Positions 54,501 through 64,000 of a stretch of 64,000 nucleotides of DNA are shown in pieces. Each line of letters opens with the position of its first letter. Positions within the stretch are counted from its first letter, which is position 1. Source of the stretch: the human T2T-CHM13v2.0 reference genome, Homo sapiens. The notes under the pieces are model-generated. The model searched no databases. It was not told where the DNA came from and worked only from the letters and a program-made list of their open reading frames with translations. Made by a program: the position numbers and the translations under genes. Location: the NCBI RefSeq assembly GCF_009914755.1, contig NC_060930.1; one strand, given 5' to 3'.

Positions 54501-55637
54501 TTTATATCTCTACCCTGATGGCTTTCAACCTTGAAATATGGTAATACAAAAAACTTTCATTGACAGTAAAACTTCAGGCCAGCTTAGTGACTTAATAAAG
54601 TTTCACCTATTTTTAGTATTTTAAATTGCTCAAGAACAATATTAACATTTAAAATTTTTCTCGATTTTTCATATAATATATAATCCACAAATATATGGTG
54701 AGTAAATATGAAAATGATTAGAAAACTGCAAGGTGAAAATCAGATATAAATTAGCAAGCTGCTATCATATTAATGACTAAATACTATGTATCTCCAAATA
54801 AAATATGACTTAAAAGTAGGCTTAAGATAAGACAATTTATGCTGCAGATAAATTGACACATTACAGTGAACACCTTAAAATGTTAAATTATTATTCATCT
54901 TCAAAAACTTTAAAACAATTACAAAATTAGTAATTTCCACTTAACATTGCACACAGTTCCTAGTTTAAGCCTCAATTTAGAACAATTTTGTAATATCTTA
55001 AAAACAAAAAAAAATACTTGCTTATTCTACTCACATGTGAAAGGCTAGAGGTGGACCAGTTGTAAAGTATGCTAAGTATTGTGGAATTTGGGGATTGGGT
55101 AGTAAATACATGATGAGAACAATATATTTTTTCATGCACGGCTGATTGTCAGTGAGAGGTAGGAGATGAACAAGTTACTTGACAAATGAGAAAAGTATCC
55201 TTTGATTTTTGTTTGTAATTTGTCAAATTGGTAAAACCCTTCATGAGTTTCAAAACAGCTATGGTTGCTTTGAAAAGGACACTTATTTCTGTTCGTGCTG
55301 TAGTTGCAAATAAACTCAATATGTAGAATTATATTTAAATTGAGAATTGGGGTATGAGATCTATGACCAACTAGAAGCAAAGTAGTTGATGTCAATAATG
55401 CATGTGAATAGACAGATAATTTATTTCCTTTCACTTCCCTCTAAGCCTGACAAGCAAGTCTACGTAACCCCAACCAAAATGTTTGGCCATACTCTATAAA
55501 CTCAGTGACCATTCTTAGTTGAGGACTCTGGTGAGTTCACTAATTGATGGTTCAATTTCAATTCTGTCTATGTGCTAACTCCAATTTGTCCTGATTCAAC
55601 CCCATACTATGTGAGCTTATATTTCTACCCTAAATAC

Positions 55638-56031
55638 TGTTCAATCAAGCCTAGCCTGAAGTTGCCTCCTTACATATTTTGAGTTTGGCGTAGAGGTTTC
55701 TCTGTACATAGTGAACCCAAATGGAGGTAGAAACAGGCTGTAATCTACTCTTGTGCTAATTACCAAATTTTGGCCAACCAAAGGGAACCAGCTGTTCAAA
55801 CTGTGTCCAAAAGAGGCAAAGGTCAAGCTGTAACCAATCTAGCTGTTTCTGTATCTCACTTTCTTTTTCTGTATGTCATGTTCCTTGTTCTGTCCATAAA
55901 TCCTTCCACCACGAGGCTTTGCTGAAGTTTCTCTGAGCCTACTCTGGCTCAGGAAGCTGCCCAATTCATGAATCATTTTTTGCTCAGTTAAACTGTGTTA
56001 AATATAATTTGGCCAAGGTTTTCTTCTAACA
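55638..56031 (+). mobile_element. MER57-type (ERV1) solo LTR
   Basis: tgtt...gcctccttacatatttt...gctgtaaccaat...ttttcttctaaca. 4-bp TSD atac/atat. Confidence 0.88.
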
Positions 56032-56172
56032 ATATCCAGGCTCCCATTGATGCAGAGCGCAGAGTCTATGGATCAGCTACCAGGAGTTCAACCTTTGCTT
56101 CTTAACTGTGTCTCAAGACTGTCTTCCACAAACATGGATTCACTAAGGCTCTGTATATAAAATCTAATTCCA

Positions 56173-56515
<343 letters not shown>

Positions 56516-57949
56516 CTATTTGGACATCTTGTTGCTTTTAGCTTTGTCTAATTTTTGAACATAAGTTGGCCACACTTTTGTCCTTTCAACATAAATCAGT
56601 GCCTTGGCCTTAAGTCCACTTACTGGGCCCATGAACTCTGTATCTATGTCTATGTTAGTGATTTTCTCTGACACTATATTAAGACTCAGTTTTTTCTTGT
56701 TAATACAATTACTCATTTTGAAGCAAACAAGTTTAACCCACATTTCACTTAATACTAATGAGCAATGTCAATTCCAGAATATGACACCGCATTAACAATA
56801 ACTTCTGATAAATGAATTACTCTGCCATTTATAGTACAAATGATGTCAATGAAAGATGTATCATGATCACCTAGCTAAAAACTGACATCACAAATATTAG
56901 ATTATAAGAAAAAGAAATGACTAGGAAATAGATTTTAGCCCTATCTACTGTAAATTCAGAATAATAGAGCTGTATTTGAAAGAGAGCATCTATTAATTTC
57001 AATAACTTAATTGCTTCTAATTATTGCCTGCAAATACAGTTCATATTTTTCTTAAAGAATTCACTAATTTTTGTTGCTTTCCCTTAGAGATATATGTATA
57101 TATAAAATAATCAATAAATTAATTTATAGAGTAGCTAACATTAATTTATACTGTATCAATAAACATAAATTTATATTAGATATTAAGTTACATTCCTGTA
57201 TTCATTTATATTCATATGTATACATTGTTTGGGATTGAGTATGTGAATATGTGTCATATATATTTTCTATCTACCTACAATCCTGTTATATGTTTTCTTT
57301 ATAAAGCATGTGCAATAAATTAGTCTTTTAGGAGAAGTGGTTTTAGTGGAGTATGTGTGTAAGGGTATGTGTGCAGGTTTGCGTGTGTGTATGCATCAGT
57401 GTATGTTGAGGATAGGCTTATTAAATTGTCTCTTGATATACTTCCAAAGACATTGGCTACATTATTGACTTCATTTCAGACTTCCCAATATATTTCTTAA
57501 AGCAAAATGTCTCCAAGTCAGCATCTCATCTAATACATTTCATAATTTTATACTATTCTTGAACAAAGTGAATCTTGTTCATGTGAGTACTTTTAGTTAA
57601 AGTTTCATTTGTTCGATTCCTAATCTCTTAAGGCAGTATGTTGCACTAGAATGCTCTCCAGATGATGGGGATCCTATGGAGTTTAAACAGTTACATTTCT
57701 ATAATTTTTCAAAATTAACTTGCAATTTGACTAGCATAACTAGCTTTAATTTATGGTCCTAAAGGAATAAAACTATAGGCTTTAGAACAGTAATGATAAA
57801 ATCTTGTGCAAAATAGGTTTGTTTCTATATCAACGAACTAGTAAAATCAATAAATAGAGCTCTTTTCTAAGCACAAAACAATACATTGTTAGAAACCTTA
57901 GCAGAAATAACTTATAGTTATGACATCTTTATCTTTAAGCTGCATTTAC

Positions 57950-57997
57950 CTTTTTTACTTGAAACCGCACCAATCTCCTCTTTGGCTCGTTCAGTTT
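57950..57997 (-). CDS. TRDN: Triadin coding micro-exon (~exon 20), 48 nt, phase 1-1: (K)TERAKEEIGAVSSKK
   Basis: Minus strand reads ctgaacttgcag|AAACTGAACGAGCC...TCAAGTAAAAAAG|gtaaat. The peptide matches the triadin luminal domain as I recall it and joins in frame to the next exon. Confidence 0.96.
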
Positions 57998-58324
57998 CTG
58001 CAAGTTCAGATATTAAAGGAATGAGAAGTGGATATTAGTGATGCCAAATTCACATCTTATACTATTGAGAATAAAATTAAAGATAAAATGTATGTTGCAC
58101 ACGAGAGCAAAGCAAGCTGTAGAGAAAGCCAAAATACAAAGTGCTTATATGATTTTTTCAATTAATAAACTTCCTTAAATAGCAATAAAGAAATTCTCTT
58201 CCAAGGTGCAACTCTATTATCTTAAAAATGTAGGTAGTGACCATAAAAGAAGGTGGCCTATTCCATAGACTTTAGATCAATAGTTCTTAAAATTAAGGCC
58301 ACATTCAATACAATGGGATACTAA

Positions 58325-58633
<309 letters not shown>

Positions 58634-59466
58634 TAGTCTACAAATTTTAAGTTACATATGAATTATAGAGAAGAGCATTTAAAAGGGCTTCTTTGTTTAG
58701 CTTTTAATCATGGTTGAGTCTGCTAAAAGTTGTTTAATACTGATTGCAAGCAAACAATATTTGACCTCAATGAATTAGTTTTACACTGTAAAAGATTAGC
58801 TGTAATATCATAGAAAATTTCATTTGAATGTTTCTTCAAGAGAGACAAAGAGAATAAAATGACAAAAAGTGGCCTTTTGGTTTCTCTAAATACTTAGAGT
58901 GGAAGACAGGAGAGCTGCCCTGAAGTCATAATCTGAACTGTTGGGGCTAGGACAGAGTATTGGATCACAAATCAAAGCTAGTTAAAGTCAAAGTTTTCTC
59001 TAGTCCACAGGAAAATAAAATAATAATAATAATAATAATAAGCTCGTGAATTTTCACGAAGTCTTATTTCCTCATTTTATAACTTTTGATTAGTTGAGGT
59101 TGTTCCCCTTGGTCATATATATTCTTATTTTTATTCTTATTGGTATTTGTTTGTATCACCCTTCACCCATATATGCTCAGCACTGATGCTCTGAGAACAA
59201 CCAAATCAAACAAGGCGAGCCTTTACACCCCTCATCCTCTCTGTGCCACAAAACCCGGCTTTTGAAAGACATCAGACATCAGAAGGAGATCTTCATGTCA
59301 CTTTCAGGTTTTAATTCCACAATGATAGATGCCCCAAGAGTCACAATTTAAACCCAGGCAAGAAGTGACATACATAACCTCTTCTTCGAGCTATCTCAAT
59401 ACCCTGGGCTTCAAGACTGAACAGACTCCTGGCTGTTTTATACCTTCCAGGTAAAGACTTTAGATC

Positions 59467-59640
59467 AATGGCTCTTAAACTTAAGCATGCATCAGGTTCA
59501 CGCTGGAGGGCTATTGAAACAGATGCTGAGCGCAAAAGGTCTGATTCAGTATGTCGGAGGCATATTCTGAGAACCTGCATTTCTAACCAGTTCCCAGGGG
59601 ATGCTTAGGCTCCTGATTTGGACCGCACTTTGGAAACTGA
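59467..59640. mobile_element. MER5A (hAT-Charlie)
   Basis: caatggctcttaaactt...gcatgcatcag...tctgattcagta...ctgcatttctaaccagttcccagg...gcactttg. Confidence 0.8.
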
Positions 59641-60209
59641 TAACCAAATTTCCCCTATGAATCAGTCAAGACTATTCCTACTGTGAGTCCCCCTCCCTAC
59701 TTACCTCAGTTACTACCATGAGTTTCAGCCTTCTAGCAGAAAACAGAGTCCATATGGCTCTGTATTTCTCCTAGAAGCTGACATACTTCCAAATCCCTTC
59801 CTCTGTGTCCTCTGTCCATCAGCAGCATTCACTCCTGTATCTTCAGCCTCTTCTCAGAATGTTCATTTTACTTTCTTCCTTTAATCAAATCCTAGCTCAC
59901 TAAGGCCACTGTATCCCCTCCTAATGGTAGTCTTCTAAAATGGAGAATGCTTGTTTTTCCATCCTCCACATACCAAGGTGTATAGAAGTAATGCATATTT
60001 ATATCCTCTTTGTTTCTCATTACTCTTCATAGATTATCTCCTTGCTTCCTCCAAACCCCAGTTCTTTTGAAGTACATGCTATCAGGTTGCACCACTCTCT
60101 ACTCCTCTTCATTGTTGTCATCAACCAGTCTTGTGGCCTTTCCTGACATTCATTGACTATTTTTGCACACAGTTATCATCTGCTCTACTACTACTATGAA
60201 TATTATTAA

Positions 60210-60402
60210 GAATCATTCTTAACCCTGTCTGCACCTTAGAATAAGCTGGGGAGTTTTTCTAAGCCTATGATATTCAGATATCTGGAGTGGGCAACAGAGC
60301 TTTGAGATTCTAAGTTAATGAGTCTGGCGTGAGCCCTGAGTATTGGTATATTTTTAAGATTTCCAGGATACTCTAATATTTTGCCAGGGTTGGGAGTCAC
60401 TG
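60210..60402. mobile_element. MER5-family element
   Basis: ttcttaaccctgtctgcaccttagaat...ccagggttgggagtcactg. Confidence 0.7.
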
Positions 60403-60767
60403 ATATACACAACTCATACAATTACATGATCTCTGACCTCCTTGGCCTCCTCAATTCAGAAAACTAGAAACTCCACTTCTCTGGCAATTTCCAACTATAT
60501 TTGTACCCTCAGAATTTTCCTTTACTGCCAGAATTTTGATTTTAAAAATTATATTCTTTGGCACCATTTTTTTCTCTTTAGAGCTCACTTACACAAGAAC
60601 TCCCATTATACGGTATCTGATCCCATTAATACTTCCATTCCTTGTTCTTGCCACTTTCTCATTTTTCAAGATTTTCCTCATATCCTCACTTTACTTCTTA
60701 CCAAGCTTATGCATAAATGAGCCATAGTTAAATCGCTCACGTATTTTCTGTTGTTATAGTCATCTGC

Positions 60768-61225
60768 TGTATTAATTTCCTAGGACTGCCTTAAAACTAT
60801 TGGGTAGATAAATACAAAACAAATACATTTTTCCACAGTTCTAGAGGCTGGAAGTCCAAAATTCAGGCATTGGCAGGACCCTAGAAATCTCCCTCTAAAG
60901 GATCTTGGGAAGAATCCTTCCTTGCCTCCTCCTAGAGTCTGCTAGTTGCCAGGAACCCTTGGCATTCCTTGGCTTGAAGCTGCGTTGCTGCAATTTCTGC
61001 TTTTATGTTCATGTGGCAGTCTTCTGTATGCATCTGTGTGTCCCAAATTTCCTCTTCTTTTAAGGATACCAGTCATCAGATTGAGGGCCCACCCTAATCC
61101 AGCATGACCTCATCTTAACTTGAGTATATCTATGAAGACCCTATTTCAAAATCGGTCACATTCATAGGTACCAGGGTAGAGCTTCAACATATCTTTTGGT
61201 GGGAGGCACGAATCAACCCACTATG
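60768..61225 (-). mobile_element. MLT1C-like MaLR solo LTR
   Basis: tgtattaatttcctaggactgcc...cacagttctagaggctggaagtcc...tcaacccac. Perfect 5-bp TSD tctgc. Confidence 0.9.
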
Positions 61226-61849
61226 TCTGCCAAAACACCAAATGTACTTTATGCCTACCACCTGAGCAGTCATTGAAGCTGAAGGAAGACCCCCACCCTG
61301 CAGCAGACCTCACTTCAAATGTGGATCACATTTATGAGATCACTTAGCACTGGCCAGTAATATTACCACAGACCCAATAAAGTTGCTTTCTCATACTCTT
61401 AACAAAAGTTGAAAATATTCTCTTCCCTCCTTAAACATCCTACAACATAAAAGTAAGCTGCTGTTGAGAAATTCATAGAGAAAATAGGGGCAGACTAAAT
61501 TACATCACTGTTCCACTACCACACCAGCACATACTCATCCATTTTTCTTTCCAGTTCCAAAAGGTGATCAGTTCCTGCCCCTTTTTAGTACCAATCCTTC
61601 CATATTTTTTTCTGGATCCCATCTCCTTTTGCCAAGTCAAGGCCTTTGTTCTTGCCAGTATTGCTTCGATCTGCTCCCTCATCAGTTTTCTCCTTCACTG
61701 ATGCTTTCACAATGTCTCATGTCACTCTTTAGAGACACAGACAACCACATCCTTCAATTCTATATGACATTTTCAGCTACCTCATCTCTCTGCATAGAGC
61801 TGCTACACTCAATGTCACCACTTCTATCCTCTCACTCTCTGTTTTTCAA

Positions 61850-63270
61850 ACCTGTTTTATTGTGAAAGATATCATATAAACAGAAGGCATATAACATTTG
61901 TGCACATTCTAATGAATAGCAATAAAGAATGTTCACCTTTGTAACCTCCTGCACACCTAAGAAATAGAATATCGCCAAGGCCTTTGAAACTTCTTACTTT
62001 TCCTACTAGCACTGCACGCTTCTCTATCTCAAAGTTACAGTTGTTCTATATTTTGTAATAATTATTTCCTTATTTTTCTATATGGGTTTTTATTACATGT
62101 ATTTGTCTCTAAATAAAGGTAAGATAATTTTATATAAATTAAATTACATTATAATATTTAGTGTTATATAAATTAAATTGTATTATTTAATTTGTGTGAT
62201 TTTTTGAGATATAACTATGTTGATATGAGTAGCTGTAGTTGATTAACTTTAACTGCTGTCTAGCATTCCAATGTTTGGTCTACAAACTATGGATTTATTC
62301 TCCTGCCAGTGGACACTAGGTCACAACCAGTTTTGTGTTTTCTAAATAATTCTGCTATGAACATTCCTGCACATGTGTCTCCTTTTGCACATGTGCAATA
62401 ATTTTCATAGAAGTGAAATTGCTAGGCATGTACCCTAGATAAATGACACATTTTTCTCCCTAAATTCTGCATTCACATCAGCAGCATATGTGAGAGTTTC
62501 TTTTGCTCCGTATCACTACCATCACCAGAATAAGCCTATTCCCTAATTTTGAAAATTTAGTCTCATGTAAAATACTATCTTGTACTTTTAAGTACAATTC
62601 CGTTATTACTTAGAGGTTGAACATCTTTTGATACGTTTATAGAACATTTGCATTTTTTCTTTTTTTAATGCAGTCTTATATCTAGTGCCCATTTTTTTTT
62701 CTGCCCATTGTCTATCAAGGTCTTTGTCTTTTTTTTTTTTTTAATTTTTGGAGTTGTTCATCTATTTTTTGCTATTAATCTCTTGCTATTTAAATATATT
62801 ACAAGTATTTTTACAAGTTTGTGGCTTGTCCATTATCTTTCTTTATTGCATTTATTGATAAATTGAAGATCATAATTTTAATACAATAAAATGTCAGCTA
62901 TTAAATGTATGACTAGAATTTTGAACATCTAGTTTTTCAAATCCTCCCATATTTCAAGAAACTGTATATTTTCCTAGGTTAAAAGAAACTATGCCATGTT
63001 TTGCCTTTAGTATTTAAGTTCTTGAACCATTTGGAACTGATATTTTAGAACTGTATGAAATAAGAATAAATTATATTTTTGTATTGAATACCAGCTATAT
63101 CAGCAACATTTAAAAATAATCTATCCACACTCTGACTTTCTGAAATGGCTGCTTTTTCTTATGTCAGATTTTTGCTCAAGTGTGATGTATTTTAAGTCTC
63201 TTTTTTTCCGTCCTATTGGGAAATTTGTTTATATCTACACCAATACCATTCTACCCTTTATAATACAATA
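61850..63270 (-). mobile_element. L1ME-type fragment
   Basis: ttttattgtgaaa...gtagctgtagtt...ctgctatgaacattcctgcacatg...gaggttgaacatctttt. Confidence 0.75.
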
Positions 63271-63319
63271 TCTGGGGACTGCTTTATTACTAACACTTAG
63301 GACACATAGTCCTGATCTC

Positions 63320-63760
63320 AATAGCCATGCTTTATAGTGCCATGTTGCTGTGTTCATTATGTCACTTTTAAATACTAAAATTTATTTCTGGTTTCCCATT
63401 TGAAATCCTGTCCCTTTCTCCCCTACCTCTTCATGTCTTAACTGAACCTAGATTTTACTTCTGTCAGTATTCATCAGTCTAGCTCTTTGTGTCAACCTTG
63501 ATGAACATTCTTGGACTCTGAACCATGGCATTTTCAGTTTGGGGCTGGCACTCAGGACACCAACCTCATCTTTACACATAGTTTTAAACAAGAAGCATGC
63601 CTTACCCTACCACCTAAGGCAGTCCCAGGTCTCTCACATCTTACCTTTCCTGGTACTTAAACCTCATAAAATCATCACTCTAGTGCTGTATGAGTGCTGT
63701 TTTGAATATATTCTGGCAGCACCAGCTGTGATACTATTAGTAATTATATAATATATTATA
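63320..63760 (+). mobile_element. L2 fragment (other pieces of probably the same L2 at ~59650-61850)
   Basis: Pyrimidine-rich L2-like text. Boundaries approximate. Confidence 0.45.
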
Positions 63761-64000
63761 CAAAATCGAGCAAGTGAAAAGAGGTGCAAGTAATAATTAT
63801 TCTGGGACAATATAGTACACCAAGACTGTTCTAACTGACTAAGATCATACATAGATCAACCAAGATTATATTTGGCATGCAGTGTGTGGTCTAGAGACAA
63901 CTCATTTTATATCAAGCATGCTGGTTCAGGCCTATAGATCTTCCCGGAGACTTCTGCCATTTCCATGCCAGAGTATTTAAACTGAGTCAAAAAAAAAACC

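Noticed and set aside
63640-63650. Isolated strong minus-strand donor AAG|gtaaga (also one near 28062)
   Set aside because: Inside old repeats, with no convincing matching acceptor.

Overview
AT-rich, CpG-depleted primate (very likely human) genomic DNA from inside the triadin gene TRDN, which is transcribed on the minus strand. The ORF track misses the gene. Five symmetric phase-1 micro-exons (57950-57997, 44336-44383, 29416-29466, 23675-23725, 8262-8300) splice to (K)TERAKEEIGAVSSKK-AVPGKKEEKTTKTVEQ-EIRKEKSGKTSSILKDK-EPIKGKEEKVPASLKEK-EPETKKDEKMSKA. This is the KE-rich luminal domain of triadin (about exons 20-24; numbering from memory). Read-through of the 44336 donor gives GKKK-stop, the C-terminus I recall for the short Trisk51 isoform. 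The rest is intron with a near full-length Tigger2 (holding a nested THE1 LTR), two twin-primed L1s, older L1M/L2/MIR/MER5 fragments, MaLR and MER57 LTRs, six Alus and a FLAM. Structures not explained by these features: a ~106-bp-arm non-Alu inverted repeat whose four substitutions are all G-U on one strand and A-C on the other; a recursive-splice-site-like motif; two 28-nt cryptic stop-containing exons; a shared distal TACTGAC branch-point motif; and several unusual retrotransposon junctions. None of this proves a new system. These are sequence-level hypotheses, and repeat subfamily names are recognised by eye.
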